Source: Bacteroidia bacterium
GTDB taxonomy: Bacteria; Bacteroidota; Bacteroidia; 2-12-FULL-35-15
Direction: 5' to 3'
Assembly (NCBI GenBank): GCA_038258655.1
Contig: JBBSPS010000003.1
Coordinates: 1 to 49,153, forward strand
Length of the DNA stretch: 49,153 nt
The notes beneath the pieces were generated by a model, which saw only the letters and a list, made by a program, of their open reading frames with translations, ran no database searches and was not told the origin of the DNA. Position numbers and translations under genes: made by a program. Of the stretch, positions 1-9,276 are shown in pieces (within the stretch, counting starts at the first letter, position 1; each line of letters opens with the position of its first letter).

Positions 1-96
1 TAATATTGATAGGTACTCCAAACAGTCTGCATCTGTTTTAAATCGCTTATGGAAGTTTATGGAATTCACGCCCACAAATTTAAAGCAATCTTTCAT
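1..96 (-). CDS. IS1595-family transposase, N-terminal 32 aa (partial)
   Basis: Manual translation MKDCFKFVGVNSINFHKRFKTDADCLEYLSIL resembles the F-x-x-R-F-x-T/D-x-x-C-x-x-Y-L segment preceding the zinc ribbon of IS1595 transposases. Not in the ORF track. Confidence 0.7.
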   Translation of the reverse strand, partial: MKDCFKFVGVNSINFHKRFKTDADCLEYLSIL

Positions 97-137
97 TTTG
101 CAAAGTTATAAAACTTTGCGACCTAAGCGTATATACC
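1..137 (-). mobile_element. Left end of an IS1595-family insertion sequence (runs off the window)
   Basis: Transposase-like N-terminus starts at 96 on the minus strand, preceded by a TAACTTTG promoter-like element (101-108) and a candidate terminal inverted repeat GGTATATACGCTTAGGT (137-121). The end position is inferred. Confidence 0.65.
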
Positions 138-243
138 TATTGAATTAATTAATTTATGGAATAAAAGTAGGTATGAAAACCTCGAGGAATGTTACACAAT
201 TTTGGAAATAAGTTACATAATTCACATTTTTTTCTAAAATAAA

Positions 244-271
244 AAAGCCCCGTCTGATCGGACGGGGCTTT
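244..271 (-). terminator. Rho-independent terminator downstream of the paaZ operon
   Basis: Perfect stem AAAGCCCCGTC/GACGGGGCTTT with an A-run on the left (U-tail on the minus strand). Confidence 0.85.
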
Positions 272-297
272 AATAGGGGGATTTTATAAGGTTAATT

Positions 298-750
298 TTA
301 GTTCTCGGAATAAGCCGGCAATTTACCTTCTTTAATTAATTGCAGGCTTTTTTGTTTGTGCTCTTCAAAATTGCCGAAGCATAAAGCGTCAAGCAACTCT
401 TGTTTACTCATCAAAGGGCTGTTCAATTGTACTTTAATTTCTTTTTCACAACGATCAACATATTTTTGAAAGCGCTCAGGAGCCCAGATATATTGCGTTT
501 TATGCCAATCAGGGAAACTGCGGTCCACACTAAATTCTTTCGGCATGCTTTCATTTAATTTGATATTTGTTTTTACATCCAAACCTTCAAAACGCTTTGG
601 CAACAAGCGATTATCAAATATCAATGGCCGACTTATCTTAATAACATGTTTTTTCTTTTTAGGATCAACCATAGCTAATCCTTCAATGATTAATCCTTTT
701 TTCTTAAGGTGACCATACTTCGTTTCAAAACTTTTTAGAATCTCAAACAT
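298..750 (-). CDS. Hypothetical protein (probable start ATG at 750, MFEILK...)
   Basis: Open frame between paaZ and the terminator; no recognisable family. Confidence 0.7.
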   Translation of the reverse strand: MFEILKSFETKYGHLKKKGLIIEGLAMVDPKKKKHVIKISRPLIFDNRLLPKRFEGLDVKTNIKLNESMPKEFSVDRSFPDWHKTQYIWAPERFQKYVDRCEKEIKVQLNSPLMSKQELLDALCFGNFEEHKQKSLQLIKEGKLPAYSEN

Positions 751-814
751 GGGTTTTATAATTGATGGACTATAAAGATAAGGAAATATTATTATTAACA
801 AAGAAGTATTTCGT

Positions 815-2866
815 TTAATTTTGATCTTTCTTTTTCACCATTGTTAAAATAGTAGCAATAGCAACTGTTTCTCCGGTTTCATCAAATACATCTACCAGCC
901 ACTTCACAATTCCTTTTGCAATATCATTTTCGTCCTCAGGTTTTCTTTCTTGTTCAGCTTTTTCTTTACATGTAAAACTCACAGTAATGGTGCTTCCGGG
1001 GTAAACGGGTTTGGTGAATCTGCACTCATCAATTCCATAATTTAATAATACGGGGCCTTTTGGAGCATCTACAAATAAACCGGCTGCCCGGGATAAGATA
1101 TAATATCCGTGAGCAACACGTCCTGTGAAAATAGTTCCTTCCAGCGATTTTTCATCCATATGAGCATAAAATTTATCGCCGCTTAATTCCGCAAATGCTT
1201 CTATATTTTCAAGAGTTACTTTATGCGTTTTCGTGATCAGTGTTTCACCAATTTCTAATTCTTCAAAATAACGTTTGAACGGATGCGTATTTTTTTCAAT
1301 ATATTTTCCTCCATATTGATACTGATTAGTTATGTTAGTAATTGTGGTAGGAGAACCTTGTATAGCAGTACGTTGAAGGTAATGAAATACTCCACGTTTG
1401 CCGCCCATCTCTTCACCACCACCAGCACGTCCGGGTCCACCATGTACAAGCATTGGCAAAGGAGAACCATGACCGGTGCTTTCCTTTGCGCAATCGGCAT
1501 TTAAAATTAAAATACGTCCATGCATAGACGCTGCACCCAGCACATATTGTTTTGCTAATTTGTCATCCGCAGTGATAATAGAACTTACCAATGAACCTTT
1601 CCCCATTTTTGAAAGCTCAATTGCTTCATCTATATTCTTATATGGCATAATTGTACTTACAGGTCCGAATGCTTCTACACTATGACAATCGGTATATTTA
1701 AACGGATCTTCGTTTAAGAATAAAATCGGCGAAATAAAGGCACCTTTATTTTTATCAGCACCCACAACAGTAAAATTTTTCAGATCGCCGTAAACAATTT
1801 TTTGTGTCTTGGAAAGCAATTCTACTTTTTCAATTACCTCTTTCAATTGTGCTTTCCCTGCCAATGCACCCATGCGAACTCCTTCTGTATTTGGATCACC
1901 AATGATAGTAGTTGCAAGTCGTTTACCTAAATGGATCAGAACATCTTCCACCATTTTTTCAGGGACAATTATTCTGCGAATTGCTGTACATTTTTGTCCG
2001 GCTTTGGTAGTCATTTCTCGTTGAACTTCTTTAATGAAAATGTCAAATTCAGCTGAGCCTACTTTTACATCTTCACCAAGTATGCAGCAGTTCAGTGAAT
2101 CCGCTTCCATAGTAAATGGAACAGCTTCTTCCAACAAACGCGGATGAGATTTCAACATTTTTCCTGTAGATGCCGAACCGGTGAATGTTACTATATCTTG
2201 GTTGATAACATGGTCAAGGATTCCGTTTGCGCTTCCGCAGATTAGTTGTAAAGCTCCTTCAGGTAATATTTTTGATGCAATAATTTCTTTTGCTACTGCT
2301 TCGGTTAAAAAAGAAGTAACCGTAGCCGGCTTCACTATAGCAGGAACACCGGCTAACCAATTCACTGCGACTTTTTCCAACATTCCCCATACAGGAAAAT
2401 TAAACGCGTTGATGTGAATCGCAACACCTTCTTTGGGTACACAAATATGATGACCGATGAATGATCCACCTTTTGAAATTTTTGCCATATCACCTTCTAA
2501 ACAAAAAGTTTCATCAGGAAACTGTCTGCGTAAACTTGCGTATGAAAATAAATTCCCGATACCTCCTTCTATATCAACCCAGCTATCAGTGCGGGTTGCA
2601 CCTGTAGCCCAACTGATGTTATAGAACAATTCTTTTTTTGATTGTAAGTGTATTGCAAGCGCTTTCAACATTCTGCCACGCTCATGGAAAGTAAGCTTCC
2701 GCAATTTGGTTCCGCCTGTTTTCCGTGCATAGTCAAGCATAGCAGCAAAGTCTAATCCTTTGCTACTTGCCGTTGCTATTGTATCCCCGTTAATAGCATT
2801 GTATAAAGTTTGTCCCTCACCTTCACCTGAAATCCATTGCCCTTGGGCATAATTTTGTAGTTTCAT
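815..2866 (-). CDS. paaZ: Phenylacetate degradation bifunctional protein PaaZ (aldehyde dehydrogenase plus MaoC hydratase)
   Basis: HINAFNFPVWGMLEK, FTGSASTG, KAGQKCTAIRR and GGPGRAGGGEE motifs; C-terminal MaoC domain (FAELSGDKFYAH, RVAHGY). Confidence 0.95.
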   Translation of the reverse strand: MKLQNYAQGQWISGEGEGQTLYNAINGDTIATASSKGLDFAAMLDYARKTGGTKLRKLTFHERGRMLKALAIHLQSKKELFYNISWATGATRTDSWVDIEGGIGNLFSYASLRRQFPDETFCLEGDMAKISKGGSFIGHHICVPKEGVAIHINAFNFPVWGMLEKVAVNWLAGVPAIVKPATVTSFLTEAVAKEIIASKILPEGALQLICGSANGILDHVINQDIVTFTGSASTGKMLKSHPRLLEEAVPFTMEADSLNCCILGEDVKVGSAEFDIFIKEVQREMTTKAGQKCTAIRRIIVPEKMVEDVLIHLGKRLATTIIGDPNTEGVRMGALAGKAQLKEVIEKVELLSKTQKIVYGDLKNFTVVGADKNKGAFISPILFLNEDPFKYTDCHSVEAFGPVSTIMPYKNIDEAIELSKMGKGSLVSSIITADDKLAKQYVLGAASMHGRILILNADCAKESTGHGSPLPMLVHGGPGRAGGGEEMGGKRGVFHYLQRTAIQGSPTTITNITNQYQYGGKYIEKNTHPFKRYFEELEIGETLITKTHKVTLENIEAFAELSGDKFYAHMDEKSLEGTIFTGRVAHGYYILSRAAGLFVDAPKGPVLLNYGIDECRFTKPVYPGSTITVSFTCKEKAEQERKPEDENDIAKGIVKWLVDVFDETGETVAIATILTMVKKKDQN

Positions 2867-2946
2867 TTTTGTCTTTTTAATAAATTAATTGGTGGATAAA
2901 AGTAACAATAATGGAAGGTAATAAACAAGAGAGAAAAAATCTAAAT

Positions 2947-2976
2947 TTTGTTTTTAAAAAAATAATTCTACATTTG
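2947..2976 (+). promoter_or_regulatory. Bacteroidetes sigma-A promoter for the btu operon
   Basis: TTTG (2947-2950) and TACATTTG (2969-2976) immediately upstream of the riboswitch. Confidence 0.7.
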
Positions 2977-2982
2977 CGCCAG

Positions 2983-3200
2983 TAATGGTTTTTGTGTATC
3001 CAAGATTTTGGATAACAGAATTAAAAGGGAATCAGGTGCAATACCTGAACAGTTCCCGCTACTGTAAGCTCTTTTTAACTTTTTGACAATCAATTTGCCA
3101 CTGTCACGCAACTCTGCGAGATGGGAAGGCGTCAAAAAGGGAGTGAGTCAGAAGACCTGCCAATACAATTTATCATTTGAAGCTTTCGGGAAGAAAGGCT
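2983..3200 (+). promoter_or_regulatory. Cobalamin riboswitch 1
   Basis: AAAAGGGAAtcaGGTGcaATaCCtga, CCCGCtACTGTAA, GCCACTG, GGGAAGGC and the B12 box GAGTCAGAAGACCTGCC; downstream hairpin loop CGGGAA is complementary to TTCCCG; lies upstream of btuB. Confidence 0.95.
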
Positions 3201-3304
3201 AAGGTGAAACAGAAGAAAATACATCTTTCGTTTCCTTTAAATTTATTTCCGTGTACAAAATGATAAATGATTCGGGAAAAAATCATTTTAATTAAGTTAT
3301 TGCG

Positions 3305-5224
3305 GTGAAAATTTATTTTACATTATTTCTTTTTTTTAGTTCAGCTTTTTGTTACGCACAAATTAATTTAATTGACACAACACGTCAGTTAAAAGAAATT
3401 AATGTAATAGCAAATCGCCTTACCGATTTTTCGACCGGTACAAAGGTGGATGTGGTTGATAGTTTAGTAATGTTTCAACACATAAATAAAAACCTATCTG
3501 ATTTATTATCTGATGAAAGCCCTGTTTTTATTAAATCATATGGGCTAGGCGCACTTGCCACATCTTCTTTCAGGGGAGGAAGCGCCAGCCAAACTGCTTT
3601 GCTTTGGAATGGTTTTAATATTAATAGTCCAATGAACGGTGTGGTGGATTTGTCATTGGTTCCTGTAAATTTTATGGATGCAATATCTGTTCAGTACGGT
3701 GGTGTAAGCGCATTATGGGGTAGTGGCGCGGTAGGGGGAGCTATTCATTTAAACAATACTGCAAAATTTAATTCGGGTGTTACAACTAAAGTAAATGTAT
3801 CAACAGGAAGTTTTGATGTATACAACCAGCAAGTATCTTTTGAATTTAGCAAAAGAAAATTTATCTCATCCATAAAATTATTTAACACTACTTCAAAAAA
3901 TAATTTCCAATACAATAATGTTTTCTCGGCTAATGATGCTAAGGTAATTCAAACAAATGCCGAATTAAAAAGTTATGGGCTTTTATCCGAAAATTATTGG
4001 CTGATAAAAGAAAATCAAAAAATAAATTTATTCTTTTGGTGTCAACATACAGACCGGAATATTCCTCCAACGATGTTGCAATTCAGAAACGAATCAAATC
4101 AGATAGATAATAATTATAGAATAACATCAGAATGGAAATATGAAAAAAAGAAAATTGTAACGTATGTAAGAGGCGCATATTTTAATGAATCTCTTATCTA
4201 TTCAGATAAAACGTATAGGGCTACTGACGTCAATGTTTCTCAATCTATTATTATTGAAGCTGAATCAAAAATTAAATTGAACTCACAGCATAGTGTAAAT
4301 ATTGGTATAAATGATACATACGTAACTGCTGTTGCTTCGGGTTATATTAATAAACCTCAACAAAATAGAACAGCGTTTTTTGCATCGTATTTATATACAA
4401 CCAAAAACGAAAAATTAAAAACAGCTGCTTCTATTAGGCAAGAAATCATTAAAAATAAATTTGTTCCATTTACTTATTCTGCCGGTGCAGATTATCAATT
4501 CATAAAATGGTTGGGGTTTAAAGCAAACTTTTCTAAAGTGTATCGTATTCCAACGTTTAATGATCTGTATTGGAGTATGGGTGGAAATCCAAACTTACTT
4601 CCCGAAAACGGTTATTCAGAAGAAGCCGGTTTAAAACTCAAATTGAAAAACAATAACATTTTATTTTCTTCCGATGTAACGGTATATAATCGCACTATAA
4701 AAAATTGGATTATCTGGTTACCCGGCATAAGTTATTGGAGTCCTCAAAATATTATGAGCGTGTGGAGCAGAGGAATGGAGACCAATTCAACGCTTGCTGT
4801 AAAACTAAATAATTTTAAAATTAGTATTTCCGTATTAACTAATTACGTTGTTTCAACCAATCAACAAGCAAAGTCGGCCAACGATGCATCTGTTGGCAAA
4901 CAACTTATTTATGTGCCGATGTATAGCGGGCATGCAAAATTAAGTATTGAATATAAACAACTGTCTTTTTCATATCGTCATAACTACACAGGTTACAGAT
5001 ATACTTCAACTGACAATACAGAATACCTCAAACCATTTTATTTAGGATCGTTATATGTGTCCTACAAAACACGGATAAAAAATGTAGCAACTGTTTTTTA
5101 TGTGCAGGTAAATAATATTTGGAATGAAGAATACCAGGTGATGTTAAGCAGGGCGATGCCCCAGCAAAATTTTAACGCAGGAATATCTATTGAATTTAAT
5201 AAACCAAATAATAACAATAACTAA
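3305..5224 (+). CDS. btuB: TonB-dependent receptor, probable vitamin B12 transporter
   Basis: Signal peptide, plug motifs (SFRGGSASQTALLWNG, GSGAVGGAI), RIPTFNDLYW, GGNPNLLPENG; directly under a cobalamin riboswitch. Confidence 0.88.
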   Translation: MKIYFTLFLFFSSAFCYAQINLIDTTRQLKEINVIANRLTDFSTGTKVDVVDSLVMFQHINKNLSDLLSDESPVFIKSYGLGALATSSFRGGSASQTALLWNGFNINSPMNGVVDLSLVPVNFMDAISVQYGGVSALWGSGAVGGAIHLNNTAKFNSGVTTKVNVSTGSFDVYNQQVSFEFSKRKFISSIKLFNTTSKNNFQYNNVFSANDAKVIQTNAELKSYGLLSENYWLIKENQKINLFFWCQHTDRNIPPTMLQFRNESNQIDNNYRITSEWKYEKKKIVTYVRGAYFNESLIYSDKTYRATDVNVSQSIIIEAESKIKLNSQHSVNIGINDTYVTAVASGYINKPQQNRTAFFASYLYTTKNEKLKTAASIRQEIIKNKFVPFTYSAGADYQFIKWLGFKANFSKVYRIPTFNDLYWSMGGNPNLLPENGYSEEAGLKLKLKNNNILFSSDVTVYNRTIKNWIIWLPGISYWSPQNIMSVWSRGMETNSTLAVKLNNFKISISVLTNYVVSTNQQAKSANDASVGKQLIYVPMYSGHAKLSIEYKQLSFSYRHNYTGYRYTSTDNTEYLKPFYLGSLYVSYKTRIKNVATVFYVQVNNIWNEEYQVMLSRAMPQQNFNAGISIEFNKPNNNNN

Positions 5225-5225
5225 A

Positions 5226-6530
5226 ATGAAAATGAAAACACAATTACAAAAATGCCTACTTATCGTAGGGCTTGGAATGTTAACTTTTATAAATACAAAA
5301 GCTCAAACGACATATTTAAATCAAATAGTTTTAACAACCGGTGGCGCTTACGGTAACCCCGGAAACCATGTAAAATTTGCTACTTATGAACCAACAGGTA
5401 AAGTATTTACAGTAAGGGATTCTCCTTTGGGTGATTTTTCAAATGACATAATTACTGATAGCAGTTTTGCGTATGCTCATATAGGAAGAGCTGCAGGAAC
5501 GGATGTTATTTATAAATACAATCTTAATAATTATAACAGGGTAGATAGTATAATAAACATTGCAGGAGCGAAAAAAATTGTAGTTTATAAAAATTATCTT
5601 ATTGTTGGCCGGGGGTATGGAGCTACTGCTAATTACGTTGAGATATTTAATAAAAAAAATTTACAAGCAACACCTGTTTATAAGGATGTAATTATTCCGG
5701 CAGCAACTTCAGGAATAGTTATTTTACGAGATACCGCTTATGTTTCGTTTACTCAAAATGATACAGGAAAAATAGCGATCATCAACTTAAAAAATACCAT
5801 TCCTTCTTTTGTAAGAATTCAGGCATTTGATACAATGTCATCAGGTTTGGGAGAATTGTATACCGATGGAAAAAATATTTTCGGCCTTTCAGAAAAATAT
5901 AATTCGAATACGTATGCTTTTATGTATGCAAAAGTAACAGTGTTTAATCCAATTGCTAAAACATATAACAGGGTAGCGGTGAATAAAGCAAATGGAGGTA
6001 TTGAAATAAATGGTGCTAATTTGTATGCTAATTTCGGAACAGGGCTAGGTACGTTTAATACAACTACCAGCGCGGTAGTTAACCCGGTGTTTCCATTATC
6101 TTATTCTGACGGCGCTTTAGATAATGTTAATAACCGCTTTGTTTTTCAGCAAACAGATTTTTATAGTTATGGCAGATTATTAATAACAGATCTTTCCGGA
6201 AACAGAATTGATAGCGTAATCACTGATTTTTCAGGTAGTGCAGTTGCATTGGATTATAGGAACCTAACAACAAAAATTAATGAAGTAGCAATGGTCAATG
6301 CTATTAGAGTTTATCCTAACCCCGCAACAAATTTCATTAACATAGATATTGCAGTTGTTGAAGAAATAGTGCAGGTTCGAATTTTTGATATCACAGGTAA
6401 AGAACTATATAATTTAAAACCAACTGCTACTTCTATTCAACTACCTATAGGTGATTTTACAAACGGCATTTATTTAATTAATTTGCAAACGAAAGAGAGT
6501 AATATCTATAAAAAATTTATTAAACAATAA
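5226..6530 (+). CDS. Secreted beta-propeller protein (BtuG-like) with T9SS type A sorting domain
   Basis: Signal peptide, beta-rich repeats resembling the neighbouring BtuG, C-terminal VYPNPA...IFDITGK...GIYLI...KKFIK. Start moved to ATG 5226. Confidence 0.75.
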   Translation: MKMKTQLQKCLLIVGLGMLTFINTKAQTTYLNQIVLTTGGAYGNPGNHVKFATYEPTGKVFTVRDSPLGDFSNDIITDSSFAYAHIGRAAGTDVIYKYNLNNYNRVDSIINIAGAKKIVVYKNYLIVGRGYGATANYVEIFNKKNLQATPVYKDVIIPAATSGIVILRDTAYVSFTQNDTGKIAIINLKNTIPSFVRIQAFDTMSSGLGELYTDGKNIFGLSEKYNSNTYAFMYAKVTVFNPIAKTYNRVAVNKANGGIEINGANLYANFGTGLGTFNTTTSAVVNPVFPLSYSDGALDNVNNRFVFQQTDFYSYGRLLITDLSGNRIDSVITDFSGSAVALDYRNLTTKINEVAMVNAIRVYPNPATNFINIDIAVVEEIVQVRIFDITGKELYNLKPTATSIQLPIGDFTNGIYLINLQTKESNIYKKFIKQ

Positions 6531-7532
6531 ATGAAACAACTATTTTTTCTCTGTTGTTTACTATTAACACAAATAGTAAGTGTTGCCCAATTCGCCCCTC
6601 CTGCGGGGCAAGTTGGCACCACAGCTATTTATAAAGATAGTAGCATATTTGTTGGATGGGCTTCAGGCTGTTCAGTTGTTAGAGGTTACCAAGATATTTC
6701 AAATACAAGTTTAGGATATGCTTCGGCAGGTGATAGCTCTATGGCTTTAGGGAAAGCAGGAACAAACGGGGTTGTAAGTTTGGGTGATGGCGGTTACGCT
6801 ATCTTATCTTTTGCCGATCCAATTACAAATATTCCGGGTTGGGACTTTGCGGTGTTTGAAAATTCTTTTAATGACACATTCTTAGAATTAGCTTTTGTTG
6901 AAGTGAGTTCAGATGGAATAAATTATTTCAGATTCCCCGCTGTATCCAACACTCAAACCTCCACTCAAATAGGAAATTTTGGGAGCACCGATGCTACACT
7001 TATAAATAATTTAGCCGGTAAATACAGGGCATTGTACGGAACTCCTTTTGATTTAAATGAACTGTCATCACAAACAGGTTTGAACATAAATAAAATTACT
7101 TATGTTAAAATAGTTGATGTGGTAGGATGTATTCAGAATACTTATGCTACTTATGATTCCAATAATAATAAAGTGAATGATCCATGGAATACACCCTTCG
7201 CATCAAGCGGATTTGATTTAGATGCGGTTGGAGTTATTCATAATATTACAACCGGAACAAATGACTTATTATCAGCAATTAATTTCAATATTTTTCCAAA
7301 CCCTGCAAAAGGATTTATTTCTATTCAGTTTAATAATATAAACTCCGACAAAACAAAAATTACAATTATAGATTATAAAAGTGAAGTAATAAAAACAATT
7401 TTATTATCCTCTAATAATCAACCAAACAATGCTAAACTAGATATATCTGACTTAAACAGTGGAATTTATTTTATTTCTGTTTTCACACAGGCAGGTGTGG
7501 CAACAAAAAAATTTGTAATAACAAATGACTAA
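6531..7532 (+). CDS. Cell-surface protein (BtuH-like domain) with T9SS type A sorting domain
   Basis: VVSLGDGGY, DFAVFENSF, ELAFVEVSSDG and SGFDLDAV motifs; C-terminal IFPNPA...SGIYFI...KKFVI. Confidence 0.7.
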   Translation: MKQLFFLCCLLLTQIVSVAQFAPPAGQVGTTAIYKDSSIFVGWASGCSVVRGYQDISNTSLGYASAGDSSMALGKAGTNGVVSLGDGGYAILSFADPITNIPGWDFAVFENSFNDTFLELAFVEVSSDGINYFRFPAVSNTQTSTQIGNFGSTDATLINNLAGKYRALYGTPFDLNELSSQTGLNINKITYVKIVDVVGCIQNTYATYDSNNNKVNDPWNTPFASSGFDLDAVGVIHNITTGTNDLLSAINFNIFPNPAKGFISIQFNNINSDKTKITIIDYKSEVIKTILLSSNNQPNNAKLDISDLNSGIYFISVFTQAGVATKKFVITND

Positions 7533-8565
7533 AAAAATTAAAATAGTTTTTTTATTTATTTTTCTCTGCTTGATTTTTTCCTGCAGAAAAGATAAGCCTG
7601 CGGATTTAATTCAACCTCTTATTTCTAGCGGAGCAAATGGTGTTTTTATTACAAATGAAGGAAACTTTCAGTTTGGAAATGCTAAAGTAAGTTACTATGA
7701 GCCAAGTCAAACAACTGCTACCATAGATTTGTTTCAACCTGCCAATAACCGTTCACTTGGTGATGTATGCCAATCCATGTGTTTGTTTAATGGTAAAGCT
7801 TACCTGGTAATAAATAATTCAAACAAAATAGAAGTTGTTAATTCCAACACATTTGTTTCATTTGCTACCATAACCGGATTTACTTCTCCCAGGTATATTT
7901 TACCGGTAAGTAACAACAAAGCATACGTTACTGATTTTGCTTCAAACAATATAAGTATTGTTGATCTTAGTAATAACAGTATTACCGGAAACATTCCTTG
8001 CAGCGGTTGGACGGAAGAATTAACATTAGCTTATGGAAAAGCATTTGTTACCAATCAAAAAAAAAATAAAGTGTATGTTGTCAATACAACAACAGATGTG
8101 TTGACAGATAGTATTACCGTAGGTTACGCATCCAATTCCATTAAGGAAGATAAGAACGGAAAGTTGTGGGTGCTTTGTGGTGGCAGTCAAACGAATAGTA
8201 TTAACGCATCGTTGCATCGTATAAATCCTATTACAAATATTGTTGAGCAAACATTTGTATTTCCTAATTTAACGGATAGTCCTTGGAAACTGGCTATAAA
8301 TGGCACAAATGACACAATGTATTTTTTAAATAAAGGAGTTTATCGTATGCCCATAAATTCTGGCTCGTTACCTGTAGCCCCATTCATAGCTCAAGGCAGC
8401 AGTAATTTTTACGGATTGGGGGTTGACCCAAACAGTAGTATTATTTATGTGTCTGATGCGATTGATTATGTTCAGCGAGGTGTTATTTATCGTTATAAAC
8501 CAAACGGTACTGTAATAAATAATTTTCTTGCAGGAATAATTCCCGGGGATTTTTATTTTAAGTAA
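7525..8565 (+). CDS. btuG: Surface lipoprotein, YncE/BtuG-type beta-propeller B12-binding protein
   Basis: Lipobox IFSC; FITNEGNF, LGDVCQSM, SPRYI, DAIDYVQRG and GIIPGDFYF motifs. Confidence 0.85.
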   Translation: MTKKIKIVFLFIFLCLIFSCRKDKPADLIQPLISSGANGVFITNEGNFQFGNAKVSYYEPSQTTATIDLFQPANNRSLGDVCQSMCLFNGKAYLVINNSNKIEVVNSNTFVSFATITGFTSPRYILPVSNNKAYVTDFASNNISIVDLSNNSITGNIPCSGWTEELTLAYGKAFVTNQKKNKVYVVNTTTDVLTDSITVGYASNSIKEDKNGKLWVLCGGSQTNSINASLHRINPITNIVEQTFVFPNLTDSPWKLAINGTNDTMYFLNKGVYRMPINSGSLPVAPFIAQGSSNFYGLGVDPNSSIIYVSDAIDYVQRGVIYRYKPNGTVINNFLAGIIPGDFYFK

Positions 8566-8681
8566 AAATTAATTTAAAAAATCAGGGAGATTTATTTTAT
8601 CCGATTCAGTAAAGAAGATTTTATATAACTTTACACTATTGCGTTTAAGTAAAACAATTAATAAATTTTAAATATTAGAAA

Positions 8682-9260
8682 ATGAAAACAAAAACTCTCA
8701 ATTTGCGCTTTGGAGCACTCATGCTAATTACCCTTGGTTTAGTATTTGCCCGTGTGTTTAATGCAACTTGCGCATCACCTATTTATAATTTTACACCAAT
8801 TGGTGCGATGGCCCTTTTTGGCGGTAGTTATTTTTCTGAAAAATGGAAAGCATATCTTTTTCCTTTATTAGCCTTGTGGTTGAGCGATATTGTACTCGGT
8901 TACTTTGTATATTACCATAAGCTGGTATTGTTTTATGATGGTTTTTTATGGACGTATGCAGCGTTTGCATTAGCAGTACTTATAGGCTCAGCGATAAAAA
9001 AAGTAAATGTAAAAAATGTTATTGCAGCAGCAGTCGCAGCAGCATTGGTTCATTGGGTTATCTCTGATATTGGTGTTTGGATGGGAGGGTATTTATATCC
9101 TAAAACAGCCGAAGGATTCGTTGCCTGTTTAGTTGCAGCAATTCCATTTATGAAAAATATGTTGATAGGAAACATTGTATTTTCAGCTATCGCGTTTGGA
9201 TTATTTGAATGGATGCAAAAAAAATACCCGCAACTTCAATTAAGTATAATTAAATCCTAA
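8682..9260 (+). CDS. DUF6580-family membrane protein, ECF S-component-like putative corrinoid transporter
   Basis: Several TM segments; NFTPIGAMALFGGSYF and YPKTAEGFVAC...AIPF motifs. Confidence 0.75.
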   Translation: MKTKTLNLRFGALMLITLGLVFARVFNATCASPIYNFTPIGAMALFGGSYFSEKWKAYLFPLLALWLSDIVLGYFVYYHKLVLFYDGFLWTYAAFALAVLIGSAIKKVNVKNVIAAAVAAALVHWVISDIGVWMGGYLYPKTAEGFVACLVAAIPFMKNMLIGNIVFSAIAFGLFEWMQKKYPQLQLSIIKS

Positions 9261-9276
9261 GTTTAAATAGTTAAAC

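Noticed and set aside
1283-2417. Several short plus-strand ORFs
   Set aside because: Antisense shadows of paaZ; the same applies to most short ORFs nested in long genes elsewhere in the track.
8057-8066. Poly-A run in btuG as a phase-variation site
   Set aside because: The frame is intact and A-runs are common in this AT-rich sequence.
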